Assembly (NCBI GenBank): GCA_965644495.1 | Contig: CBFFSA010000020.1 | Span: 62,001-126,000 of the forward strand | DNA: 64,000 bases | Origin: Perkinsela sp. CCAP 1560/9 | Lineage: Eukaryota > Protista > Euglenozoa: Kinetoplastea | Direction of reading: 5' to 3' | Part shown: piece by piece, positions 11,201 to 22,677 of the stretch | Layout: each line of letters begins with the position of its first letter | How positions within the stretch are numbered: the first letter of the stretch is position 1 | Program-made: the position numbers and the translations under genes | Notes under the pieces: model-generated | Seen by the model: only the letters and a program-made list of their open reading frames with translations | What the model was told of the DNA's origin: nothing | Databases searched by the model: none

Positions 11201-12833
11201 ACCTGGTTGGGTAAATTGCAAAAACAACAGATGGACATCGCACGTCTACCAATTAAGAAGGGAGGGTTGGGTCTCACGTCATGCTACCACACGCGAGAAG
11301 CAGCATATAATGCGTCCAGACACGCGGCTCTGAAGCAAAGAAAATCCTTTTCAGCTCGAGCCACGTCAACGGAAGCCAGGTGCACCGACAGCGTAAATTC
11401 AGTTCAGAAAAATACGTCACTCCCCCCTACAGACGAACTCGCCACAGCTGCGAAACTCCACGAACATGCCTGGAACAAACTCTTTAACGATCCAGAAATA
11501 GCACCAATCCTGAGGGCCACTACCACCAAAGGGAGTTACGACTGGCTTATGTCACATACGAGATATATTCCACCCCACGTTTTTGAATTAGCCATAATGC
11601 CGAGATTGGGGATAGAACATCCGCGCCTGCCGAAAAGCTTGCTATGCCCAGGATGCCGTTCCATACTCGACAACAGATCAGCTCTCACTCACATCAGTGG
11701 ATGTGCGCAATGCTCTGGTATCAATGCCTCCGTGAAGCACAACATGCTGGTGAAATTCTTCCACGACCTTTGCATGCGCGCAGGGATACCATGTGAGAGT
11801 GAACCTCGAGCATTCAGTAACTGGGCGTGCACTACGTGTAGAAATGTGGTAAGCCGAGAAAGCCAACCTACGCACAGCAAAATATGTACAGGACGGCACC
11901 TTCATCGATCTGGGCCAGACCTTGTGATATACTGGGACACAGGAGCTATATTTTATGATCTTACCGTCGTGCACGAGATGACACCTTCCCACATAAATAA
12001 GAAAAGCTCTCAATTGATCCGTGACGTCATTCATCGCAAAATGGAAACTTACGTCGCAACGGGAATGATCGCCCAAGAATCGTTCCAATGCATTCCGATT
12101 CTGTCCTCCGGATCACTACACGCGAACACACGCAATCTGATCAGAGCCTTGGCAGACGCTTGTCTTCTGAACGCCCGCGAGACGGAACTCTCGTTCAAGC
12201 TACTGTTGCAAAACTTCAACGGCCTCGTGGTATACTCCCAACTTCGGGAGCACCTCGAAGACAAGTAATAGATTTTAGATATATTCTATACTGGTGAAAT
12301 AGCTGAGAGATAATATCCGTTGACATCTAAATATTATATATTTTCTATTTTATACGGAGATAGTTTCTCTTCGAAAATTGAGAGAAGGGGGGAAGGAGCA
12401 CATTTCTCATTTTCCTACGTGGCTTCCTGCTGTAGGGAGCTTATAGGATTTCACAGGAGAAATGCCTCCGAGAATGTTTTTCAAGTTGGTGAGGAATTCA
12501 CTGGGACACTACCGCCCCACGAAAGTGTGAGGGTTAACGGAATGGGCCTTTGCCCCAGGACATATGAAAAGTTAACTGAGTAAGAAAAAAAAAAGACAAC
12601 AACAAGGTTTTCACTTCAAAAGAAGTGTTTTTTTCATAAAGAAGATCTTGTAGTATATGAAAGGGGTTAAAAAAAAAAAGATAAGCTGGCTGCTCGCGCT
12701 CGATCTGGTGAAATCTTCGGATTTGACTTGCGTGCTGCGTGGCACAGCTCCTAGCAAGCGATAAGGGGGGGCTTGTTCTAGGGAGGTAACATCTCCTCGG
12801 AGATATAATGCCTAAAAAAATCAAAAAATCAAA
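8229..12833 (+). mobile_element. CRE/SLACS-clade non-LTR retrotransposon, copy B (divergent subfamily)
   Basis: 12-bp TSD CCTTCACCCTGC at 8217-8228 and 12834-12845; A-rich tail; empty site present in downstream units. Confidence 0.92.
8396..12268 (+). pseudogene. RT+RLE ORF with one in-frame TAA (10616-10618)
   Basis: ORFs 8471-10618 and 10910-12268 share a frame; SELLF*GSEG...GVRQGS...YIDD aligns to SELLFYGSDG of copy A. Confidence 0.92.
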
Positions 12834-13257
12834 CCTTCACCCTGCGCCCTCCACTTCGCTGCTCCCTTCGCTCACCCTGCCTCAATTCCCGCGCTCCTTC
12901 GCGGCCCTTTTTCGCCCCCCTCCGCGCCACGATCTCGGCCGCCCTCCCGCTCCGGTGCTCTCCTCGCCGCGCTCTCCCTCGCTGTTTTTTTTTTGCTCCC
13001 TCCCGTGCCCCCCTCCGCGCTCCACGCCACGCTCTCCGTCGCCCTTCCCCTCTGGCGCTCTCCTCCCGCGCTCTCCGCCGCTGTTTTTTTTTCTTCGTTG
13101 TCTTCGCCCTCCCCTCGCCACCCCCTTGGTCGCCCTCTGTTGCCCCCTGCGTCGCTCTGCCGCGCCGCTTTTCGCCCCCCACCCACTGCGCTGTCCCCTT
13201 CGCCGCCCATTCCCCCTCCCTCCCTGCTCCCACCTGCGCCACTCTTTCCCTTCCCAC

Positions 13258-13495
13258 AACAACAACAACAACAACACTGATATAATCAGTTAAGGGGTAA
13301 TATTTTCCCTTAAACATCTTCACACCTTAGATTAAAAACACTGACCACACAACTGTTTACCATATCTCAAATTTAATGTTTGTTTTAATGAGTCCTCGCA
13401 TAATGATGAGTCTTTTCATTACAATAAACCAGGAAATGGAACCACCAACGCCCCTAGAGTTCAACGCAAATTGAAGGTATCAACTACTTGAGCGC
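13258..13495 (-). mobile_element. 238-bp 5'-truncated retroelement 3' end with (GTT)n tail
   Basis: 12-bp TSD TTCCCTTCCCAC at 13246-13257 and 13496-13507; (AAC)6 on + strand; two hairpins next to the tail; absent from other units. Confidence 0.85.
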
Positions 13496-14491
13496 TTCCC
13501 TTCCCACTCTTTCCCTTCATCCCCTCTGCCACCCCCTCACGCTGCATCTCGAAGAATGGCGCCGCCCGGTACCGAATATAACAAGGTACTAAAAAACTAG
13601 GGTAGGCGTCATTCACGCTTTTCTTTTCTTTTTTCTTTCTTTCTGCGGCTTGCAACTAGCCCATGATAACGGGGCTAGGGTAACAATTTGGAGAGATACG
13701 AGCTTGTTGAAGCTGAGGTTTGGCCTGTTGAAGCTGAGGAGCCAGTCCGCTCGAGGGGATACCACCCTAGAAGACTTGGTCCGTTGAAGCTGAGGTGCTA
13801 AAACCGTTGAAGCTGAGAGTCGACACTCCCAAACTATGCCAGCAAGCAGGCAAGGGGTCAAGGAGCACTGCTTTTGGCAGTGTCGGGGTGTGGCGAACCC
13901 CACCCTCCTAGCTAATCCAGATTCCCGCAGCGGACTTTCAGTCTGCGCGTTAGCTGGATCGGCTTGCATTGGCTCTGTGCTGCAATCCTTTTAGGTCTGC
14001 GCATGGGTCGTGCGGGTCGGAGCTACCTTCGGCTCTCTCCGAGGAGGCAACACCCCGTCTACGGGGTTTTTACCTGAATACATAACGTAACATAACTTGC
14101 CCTGAGATGAATGTTCACAGACAGTGGCACATGTGCTGCGCTGTTTGAATCAGCATGTGAGCATCAAAGCCACAACGCTCGAGAAACACACATGCACTCA
14201 TCTCCTTTTTCGTTTGGCATTTGACACGTTTTTCAGTTTTTTGTTCTAAAAGTGACGTTCGATTTGGGGTGGTGTGGATCGCGCTTTGGAGCCAGGAAGT
14301 CGTGCGAGGCTGTCGGCTATCCGAACGGCGGCTTCTCGAATCTTGTCCCGCTGGGAGGTGCAGAATGGCATCGGAGAGATGAAAATAAATCAAGCACGAT
14401 TAGATTCATACGGACGAATTCTTAGCTGGAGAGAATGGTGGAAAACTGTTCACTCGATCTTGATCAGTTCCTTGTGGTAGAGACTCGGAAG

Positions 14492-14815
14492 GCGTCTATA
14501 CCCAAGTGGTTAAGGGGCAGCTGCCCACTCGCAGCTTCGGCAATACCTTCCTCACAAGAGCAGTGGGGAGGAATACGGGTTTTAAAGGTTTTTCAAAAGT
14601 TCAAGGTCATAGTGGTTGGCAGATTTGGATGGAGAGGTAGGACATTTATTTATATTTATTGTGTGACGTGTGTGTGGGCAGGTTGGCCGAGGGTTCCGGT
14701 GGGGGGGAACCCCGTTAACAACGAGACCTCTAAAAGCATCTCTAAAAAAAAATTAAGGGGCCTGACTTGAAATCAGGTGTGTTCTCACGCGCAGGTTCAA
14801 ACCATGCTGGGCGCG
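14492..14815 (+). pseudogene. tRNA-Ser(TGA) split by a 234-bp insertion
   Basis: 5' part to 14518, resumes at 14753 with duplicated TTAAGGGGC; also a T-stem mismatch. Confidence 0.92.
14519..14752 (+). mobile_element. 234-bp poly(A)-tailed retro-insertion in the tRNA D-arm
   Basis: 9-bp TSD TTAAGGGGC (14510-14518, 14753-14761), A9 tail, GGGTTCC/GGAACCC hairpin near the 3' end. Confidence 0.88.
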
Positions 14816-15482
14816 TTTTCCTTCCACAAGCGTTGTCAAATCATATTCAGCGCGGGATACCAACTACGCCCGCACCGCTCTTCTTCTCTCTTCTTCTTCT
14901 TCTATTCCGCGCGGAGTTTTTTTGAAAAGGTGGGATGCCCAGCGGCGCGGCACCCGTCGTGGGAACGCACGCTCCGCATAAAAGACGTTGTTCTGAATCT
15001 CGAGGTGGTTTTACCCACAGAAGCTGCATTCGCAGGCCTTTCAGTGCAATTTTCGCCGGGACAGCCCACAGAAAACACCCTTTACCTGAGAGAGGTGCAT
15101 TTGGGAACGTGAATACGAAACGAGCGAACAGATCACCCGCCCACAAAATCGTGGAGCATCGAGTGTCGCCGAGTAAATTGAAAGGTGTGATGGAGAAACA
15201 GGCGGAATGAGGTGGAATACAATGGTGTGCTGCATGGCGAGGTTGTGGTGTTTGTTTGCGCTGTTGGGGGTAGAGGTGTCTAGTTTGGTGTGAATTTGTT
15301 ATCGCATTGGATGTTTCTGTGAAAATCATATTTTCCGGAGTAAGCATACGGTGGGGGGGGATACAATGGTGCGCTGCGTGGTGCGTCGGGTGTGCTTGTT
15401 GTGGCGTTTGAAGAGTAGATGTGTCTACGTTGTAGGGGATGGTGTCTGTTTCATTATGGAGTATTGTACGATACTTGCCCTG

Positions 15483-16618
15483 TACCTTGTTGTACCTTGT
15501 TGTATTAATTACTAAAAACATACCCCCCATGCGCCCCTTCAACCCACCCCCCTCCCAGAGGAAAACTCCCTCGTATCACCGCCCCTTTGTGGCCGACGTC
15601 GCCCCCTTCACCCTGCGCCCTCCACTTCGCTGCTCCCTTCGCTCACCCTGCCTCAATTCCCGCGCTCCTTCGCGGCCCTTTTTCGCCCCCCTCCGCGCCA
15701 CGATCTCGGCCGCCCTCCCGCTCCGGTGCTCTCCTCGCCGCGCTCTCCCTCGCTGTTTTTTTTTTGCTCCCTCCCGTGCCCCCCTCCGCGCTCCACGCCA
15801 CGCTCTCCGTCGCCCTTCCCCTCTGGCGCTCTCCTCCCGCGCTCTCCGCCGCTGTTTTTTTTTCTTCGTTGTCTTCGCCCTCCCCTCGCCACCCCCTTGG
15901 TCGCCCTCTGTTGCCCCCTGCGTCGCTCTGCCGCGCCGCTTTTCGCCCCCCCCCCCCCACTGCGCTGTCCCCTTCGCCGCCCATTCCCCCTCCCTCCCTG
16001 CTCCCACCTGCGCCACTCTTTCCCTTCCCACTCTTTCCCTTCATCCCCTCTGCCACCCCCTCACGCTGCATCTCGAAGAATGGCGCCGCCCGGTACCGAA
16101 TATAACAAGGTACTAAAAAACTAGGGTAGGCGTCATTCACGCTTTTCTTTTCTTTTTTCTTTCTTTCTGCGGCTTGCAACTAGCCCATGATAACGGGGCT
16201 AGGGTAACAATTTGGAGAGATACGAGCTTGTTGAAGCTGAGGTTTGGCCTGTTGAAGCTGAGGAGCCAGTCCGCTCGAGGGGATACCACCCTAGAAGACT
16301 TGGTCCGTTGAAGCTGAGGTGCTAAAACCGTTGAAGCTGAGAGTCGACACTCCCAAACTATGCCAGCAAGCAGGCAAGGGGTCAAGGAGCACTGCTTTTG
16401 GCAGTGTCGGGGTGTGGCGAACCCCACCCTCCTAGCTAATCCAGCTTCCCGCAGCGGACTTTCAGTCTGCGCGTTAGCTGGATCGGCTTGCATTGGCTCT
16501 GTGCTGCAATCCTTTTAGGTCTGCGCATGGGTCGTGCGGGTCGGAGCTACCTTCGGCTCTCTCCGAGGAGGCAACACCCCGTCTACGGGGTTTTTACCTG
16601 AATACATCACATAACATA
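15483..16618 (+). mobile_element. ~1136-bp non-coding insertion fixed in the array unit (also 17764-18900, and the interrupted copy spanning ~8094-14094)
   Basis: Flanked by the 10-bp direct repeat ACTTGCCCTG; single-copy (empty) site at 2644-2653; 3' hairpin CCCCGT-CT-ACGGGG and (CATAA)n tail. Confidence 0.6.
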
Positions 16619-17015
16619 ACTTGCCCTGAGATGAATGTTCACAGACAGTGACACATGTGCTGCGCTGTTTGAATCAGCATGTGAGCATCAAAGCCACAAC
16701 GCTCGAGAAACACACATGCACTCATCTCCTTTTTCGTTTGGCATTTGACACGTTTTTCAGTTTTTTGTTCTAAAAGTGACGTTCGATTTGGGGTGGTGTG
16801 GATCGCGCTTTGGAGCCAGGAAGTCGTGCGAGGCTGTCGGCTATCCGAACGGCGGCTTCTCGAATCTTGTCCCGCTGGGAGGTGCAGAATGGCATCGGAG
16901 AGATGAAAACAAATCAAGCACGATTAGATTCATACGGACGAATTCTTAGCTGGAGAGAATGGTGGAAAACTGTTCACTCGATCTTGATCAGTTCCTTGTG
17001 GTAGAGACTCGGAAG

Positions 17016-17096
17016 GCGTCTATACCCAAGTGGTTAAGGGGCCTGACTTGAAATCAGGTGTGTTCTCACGCGCAGGTTCAAACCATGCTGGGCGCG
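17016..17096 (+). tRNA. tRNA-Ser(TGA), T-stem mismatch variant
   Basis: Same as 3041-3121 except CATGC for CCTGC in the T-stem. Confidence 0.8.
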
Positions 17097-19297
17097 TTTT
17101 CCTTCCACAAGCGTTGTCAAATCATATTCAGCGCGGGATACCAACTACGCCCGCACCGCTCTTCTTCTCTCTTCTTCTTCTTCTATTCCGCGCGGAGTTT
17201 TTTTGAAAAGGTGGGATGCCCAGCGGCGCGGCACCCGTCGTGGGAACGCACGCTCCGCATAAAAGACGTTGTTCTGAATCTCGAGGCGGTTTTACCCACA
17301 GAAGCTGCATTCGCAGGCCTTTCAGTGCAATTTTCGCCGGGACAGCCCACAGAAAACACCCTTTACCTGAGAGAGGTGCATTTGGGAACGTGAATACGAA
17401 ACGAGCGAACAGATCACCCGCCCACAAAATCGTGGAGCATCGAGTGTCGCCGAGTAAATTGAAAGGTGTGATGGAGAAACAGGCGGAATGAGGTGGAATA
17501 CAATGGTGTGCTGCATGGCGAGGTTGTGGTGTTTGTTTGCGCTGTTGGGGGTAGAGGTGTCTAGTTTGGTGTGAATTTGTTATCGCATTGGATGTTTCTG
17601 TGAAAATCATATTTTCCGGAGTAAGCATACGGTGGGGGGGAATACAATGGTGCGCTGCGTGGTGCGTCGGGTGTGCTTGTTGTGGCGTTTGAAGAGTAGA
17701 TGTGTCTACGTTGTAGGGGATGGTGTCTGTTTCATTATGGAGTATTGTACGATACTTGCCCTGTACCTTGTTGTACCTTGTTGTATTAATTACTAAAAAC
17801 ATACCCCCCATGCGCCCCTTCAACCCACCCCCCTCCCAGAGGAAAACCCCCTCGTATCACCGCCCCTTTGTGGCCGACGTCGCCCCCTTCACCCTGCGCC
17901 CTCCACTTCGCTGCTCCCTTCGCTCACCCTGCCTCAATTCCCGCGCTCCTTCGCGGCCCTTTTTCGCCCCCCTCCGCGCCACGATCTCGGCCGCCCTCCC
18001 GCTCCGGTGCTCTCCTCGCCGCGCTCTCCCTCGCTGTTTTTTTTTTGCTCCCTCCCGTGCCCCCCTCCGCGCTCCACGCCACGCTCTCCGTCGCCCTTCC
18101 CCTCTGGCGCTCTCCTCCCGCGCTCTCCGCCGCTGTTTTTTTTTCTTCGTTGTCTTCGCCCTCCCCTCGCCACCCCCTTGGTCGCCCTCTGTTGCCCCCT
18201 GCGTCGCTCTGCCGCGCCGCTTTTCGCCCCCCCCCCCCCCACTGCGCTGTCCCCTTCGCCGCCCATTCCCCCTCCCTCCCTGCTCCCACCTGCGCCACTC
18301 TTTCCCTTCCCACTCTTTCCCTTCATCCCCTCTGCCACCCCCTCACGCTGCATCTCGAAGAATGGCGCCGCCCGGTACCGAATATAACAAGGTACTAAAA
18401 AACTAGGGTAGGCGTCATTCACGCTTTTCTTTTCTTTTTTCTTTCTTTCTGCGGCTTGCAACTAGCCCATGATAACGGGGCTAGGGTAACAATTTGGAGA
18501 GATACGAGCTTGTTGAAGCTGAGGTTTGGCCTGTTGAAGCTGAGGAGCCAGTCCGCTCGAGGGGATACCACCCTAGAAGACTTGGTCCGTTGAAGCTGAG
18601 GTGCTAAAACCGTTGAAGCTGAGAGTCGACACTCCCAAACTATGCCAGCAAGCAGGCAAGGGGTCAAGGAGAACTGCTTTTGGCAGTGTCGGGGTGTGGC
18701 GAACCCCACCCTCCTAGCTAATCCAGCTTCCCGCAGCGGACTTTCAGTCTGCGCGTTAGCTGGATCGGCTTGCATTGGCTCTGTGCTGCAATCCTTTTAG
18801 GTCTGCGCATGGGTCGTGCGGGTCGGAGCTACCTTCGGCTCTCTCCGAGGAGGCAACACCCCGTCTACGGGGTTTTTACCTGAATACATAACATAACATA
18901 ACTTGCCCTGAGATGAATGTTCACAGACAGTGACACATGTGCTGCGCTGTTTGAATCAGCATGTGAGCATCAAAGCCACAACGCTCGAGAAACACACATG
19001 CACTCATCTCCTTTTTCGTTTGGCATTTGACACGTTTTTCAGTTTTTTGTTCTAAAAGTGACGTTCGATTTGGGGTGGTGTGGATCGCGCTTTGGAGCCA
19101 GGAAGTCGTGCGAGGCTGTCGGCTATCCGAACGGCGGCTTCTCGAATCTTGTCCCGCTGGGAGGTGCAGAAGGGCATCGGAGAGATGAAAATAAATCAAG
19201 CACGATTAGATTCATACGGACGAATTCTTAGCTGGAGAGAATGGTGGAAAACTGTTCACTCGATCTTGATCAGTTCCTTGTGGTAGAGACTCGGAAG

Positions 19298-19378
19298 GCG
19301 TCTATACCCAAGTGATTAAGGGGCCTGACTTGAAATCAGGTGTGTTCTCACGCGCAGGTTCAAACCCTGCTGGGCGCG
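19298..19378 (+). tRNA. tRNA-Ser(TGA), D-loop GG>GA variant (possibly impaired)
   Basis: AGTGATTAA instead of AGTGGTTAA; rest identical to 3041-3121. Confidence 0.75.
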
Positions 19379-20006
19379 TTTTCCTTCCACAAGCGTTGTC
19401 AAATCATATTCAGCGCGGGATACCAACTACGCCCGCACCGCTCTTCTTCTCTCTTCTTCTTCTATTGCGCGCGGAGTTTTTTTGACAAGGTGGGAGGCCC
19501 AGAAATTCCAAGAAAAAAGAGAGTTTTCGAATTAATTACCCCACGTAACTAATAAGTAATTCGTAACTAATAAATGATTTTTAACGTTTTATGTAACTAA
19601 TAAGTGATACGTAACTAAAAAGTGATGTAACTTATGTGCGCGGGGGGGGTTTACGTTTTTATGACTATTTTAGGCTAAAAGTAATCTTACGGTGGAAACG
19701 TTAATTAAGAGACACATTAAATAAGGGAACGCTAATTAAGGGAATAATTATGTTTCGTCTATTTTTGGCATTTTCAGGCAATTAATAATTATTTTTTCCG
19801 CCCATGGCCCAGGCGCCCCCAACCCCCGCTGAGCCCACATACCAATATTTCAGAGTTTAGGTCAAAAAATCGCAGTATGCAACCAAAATGTTGTAATACG
19901 TGAAGTATCCACTTATTAACAAACTTTCTCGAAATTTCACTTGTTATCACACAATTCGCTTATTATCGCACCGAAAAAAGTGTGATAATGGGTGGTCCCC
20001 CCTCTA

Positions 20007-22291
20007 ACCCGGGGTGCGGATTAATATCCAAATACGGATTTGGATATTAAAGTGCTATTTGGATATTAAAGTGCAAAAATTTCTATTTGAATATTAAAAT
20101 GCTTGCACTTTAATATCCAAATGAAGTGTGGCGGGGCTGTGATTGGTGGGAAAGGTGCTGATTGGTGGGGCTGCGAGGGAGACATAGTGTTAGAACACAC
20201 GTGGAAAATCACGTTTCTAGAATATTAATTAATCAGTGCAGGATGTTTTTAAAAAATACACGTGGAAAATCACGTTTCTAGAATATTAATTAATCAGTGC
20301 AGGACGTTTTTAAAAAGCATTATGACATTATAAATGTTATAAGAGAAATACGAAAGATATAACGTTCACGATGTCTTTTAATTTTATGTTTCAACTCCTT
20401 TCAACTTGCTTCTTGGATCTTAGGCTTCAATTTCATCTTTCGACTTGATCACATTACAGTTCTTCAATGGCTTGCGTGTTGCTTGCTTGGCGCGTTGATG
20501 TCGACTGCATCGTCAAAAAGGAATCTAGAGGCCCGGTTCTAATGCCCGACTGTGCGCCGCGTTGAAACTGTTGGGAAATTTTTATCTTGTGCTGATGCAC
20601 GCGGTCTGCAGGAATTATCGGCGGATCGTATTTATAGTTTTCTAGCTTGGGGGAGTGGAACTGGGCAAGTGAAGGGTTTAAGTAACCCAACTTGACGAAT
20701 TGATCCTTTACATTCATGTTAGCAGTAATTTTGTCGTGGGCTCGTGCGACCATGGAGTGTAACCACGTACGCTTTTCCTTTGCAGTACGTGTGATACTGT
20801 GCTCTGCCTCCCATAGGGATGTGTGAGCTGCCTTGTAGTGGGAAGCATAGTAAACGTCAACCCATTGGAGCCAACATGTGCATCCACCAGGGAGAACGGC
20901 CGCATGTGATTGTAACTTTTCTGCAAACGTCTGGAGAACATCTGTGGTAATATGCGGGCGCGCAGAATCCATAATCATAAGAGTTGGGCCTTCAACACGA
21001 TGTGCGCGAAATTCTGCTTGAAGAAACGGTATGAAGCACTTGATGAAAAATGGTGAATTGACAACGGCCTTCGCAGTTATGCCGCGCGTGGTTCGAGCAT
21101 CAAACGTCTCATTGATTAAGATGTAGCTTTTAGCCTTGAAGAGAATCATTGGTTTAGTAAAAAAGTGCTTCACGGGGTTCAAATTTTTGTCAATGACTAC
21201 GCCGACACCACAAATAAGAGTCGCGCAACGTTTGCGGTCGTTAGGGTTGACGGAAGCTCGAATATCTTGTTCCGCAATATCTGCCACAGTCTTAAGTGAT
21301 CGCATGGAACCTCGCAGGGACAAGGGAATTTCATCAAAATTGAAAACACAGCGAAACAATTTAGTGGATAAAGTGCGATGAACAAAAGTATGCAGGGAAT
21401 GAATTTTTTGATGAAGCTCAGCATTGGTTAAGGTAGTTTGGCGTTGAACACTGCGAAGGGAGAAGCCAGAGCGTCGCAGAAACCGAGATACCCACGAGTC
21501 GCTTACAGAATTAACAGATTGCACGTCTGGATCTACACCGTCGCGTATAATATGCAGTGCTTCAGATTTTACCATTTGCAAGGTAACTATGGCATTTGTG
21601 CTTCTACGACCTCGTATTAAAGATGAAAGAAGCTGCTTTACATGACAAAGTGGATGCCTTCTGTTGTGCTTACGTCGCTTGCCTCCACCTTTTCTTGGAG
21701 CACAGCCCCAATTCATAAGTTGACGCTTTCGCGTGATCCTAAAATTCATTGTTGGCAATGCCTTGCTTATGAACGTATTTAAAATAGGCATTAAGCCTTT
21801 CTTTCTATCTTTCGTAGATGCAGGAAGGGATTCGTAATATGCGAAAACACGTCTTTTCACCTTGTGATCGACGAGTTCGTTGTGTCGACGGCCATTCGAG
21901 GAAACAGGCCGCTTTTCCCGTGCGCGGATTCCACCTAATTTCACTTGTTCGGTGCTTGGGCTTTCTTCCACACTGTCAGTATCATCTTCTTCACTGTTGC
22001 CTTCTTCGCTGCTTTCTGATCCTCCACTTTCTTCTGGGTCAGAACTTTCTGCCACCCTATAAACTTGATGAGCGTCTTCCGTTCCATTTGGCGCTTCTTC
22101 GGACGGCGATGCCTCAAAATCACCTAAGGAACTACATTCAGAAATAATTTCCCAAGTTGTTTCTTGACATTTCAGCTCTTCCGAATGGCGCTTCAAGCAT
22201 TCGGATGCAACAGCTTCCATAATGTGATTTTGAAGTGAAAAAACCTATTTGGATATTAAAGCGCATTTGGATATTAATCCGCACCCCGGGT
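20007..22291 (-). mobile_element. pogo-type DNA transposon, apparently complete
   Basis: TIR ACCCGGGGTGCGGATTAATATCCAAAT at both ends, TA flanks, subterminal TTTGGATATTAA repeats. Confidence 0.9.
20454..22220 (-). CDS. pogo-family transposase (CENP-B-type HTH + DDE_1, DD36D)
   Basis: SDSWVSRFLRR HTH; FNFDEIP, MDSARPH, LQWVD catalytic motifs. Confidence 0.9.
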   Translation of the reverse strand: MEAVASECLKRHSEELKCQETTWEIISECSSLGDFEASPSEEAPNGTEDAHQVYRVAESSDPEESGGSESSEEGNSEEDDTDSVEESPSTEQVKLGGIRAREKRPVSSNGRRHNELVDHKVKRRVFAYYESLPASTKDRKKGLMPILNTFISKALPTMNFRITRKRQLMNWGCAPRKGGGKRRKHNRRHPLCHVKQLLSSLIRGRRSTNAIVTLQMVKSEALHIIRDGVDPDVQSVNSVSDSWVSRFLRRSGFSLRSVQRQTTLTNAELHQKIHSLHTFVHRTLSTKLFRCVFNFDEIPLSLRGSMRSLKTVADIAEQDIRASVNPNDRKRCATLICGVGVVIDKNLNPVKHFFTKPMILFKAKSYILINETFDARTTRGITAKAVVNSPFFIKCFIPFLQAEFRAHRVEGPTLMIMDSARPHITTDVLQTFAEKLQSHAAVLPGGCTCWLQWVDVYYASHYKAAHTSLWEAEHSITRTAKEKRTWLHSMVARAHDKITANMNVKDQFVKLGYLNPSLAQFHSPKLENYKYDPPIIPADRVHQHKIKISQQFQRGAQSGIRTGPLDSFLTMQSTSTRQASNTQAIEEL

Positions 22292-22677
22292 TACCTATCT
22301 CGTGATCTTGGGCTATTTTCAACTTGATTCCCGCAAAACAATTAAGGAAACATAAAATAAGGGAACACTAATTAAGGGAATAATTGTTTTTGAAAACCTT
22401 AATTAATTTTCCCTTAATTAGAGGGTTGAAACAGGTGGGTGCGTCTGGGTGCGTCCGGGTGCGTCCGGGTGCGGCTGAGTTAGGGGAGGGGTGAATTTTT
22501 TTATGTATTTTTCCTCTTATTTTTTCTCAATACCTAGATATTGGCAAACTCATAATTTCTCATATATTTTTTATAGCGACGTACATAATTTATATTGGTA
22601 CATTTCATATTTTATCATCTCTTTTATCTTTTTTAGAATCCCGTTTTATAACGATACTTTTTTCAAACATATTCCGT

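Larger units (their letters stand above)
2575..19494 (+). repeat. tRNA-Ser tandem array, unit ~2281-2282 bp, 4 tRNA copies, interrupted by retroelements
   Basis: tRNA starts at 3041, 14492, 17016, 19298; spacings equal ~2.28 kb once the TSD-flanked inserts are subtracted. Confidence 0.93.

Noticed and set aside
15000-15480. 5S rRNA, snRNA or SL RNA gene in the array spacer
   Set aside because: No recognisable conserved motifs on either strand by eye; an Infernal scan would be needed to exclude divergent RNAs
12808-18461. Many overlapping Pro/Arg/Gly-rich ORFs in the array unit
   Set aside because: Arise from a low-complexity C/T tract; frames shift between copies with homopolymer length
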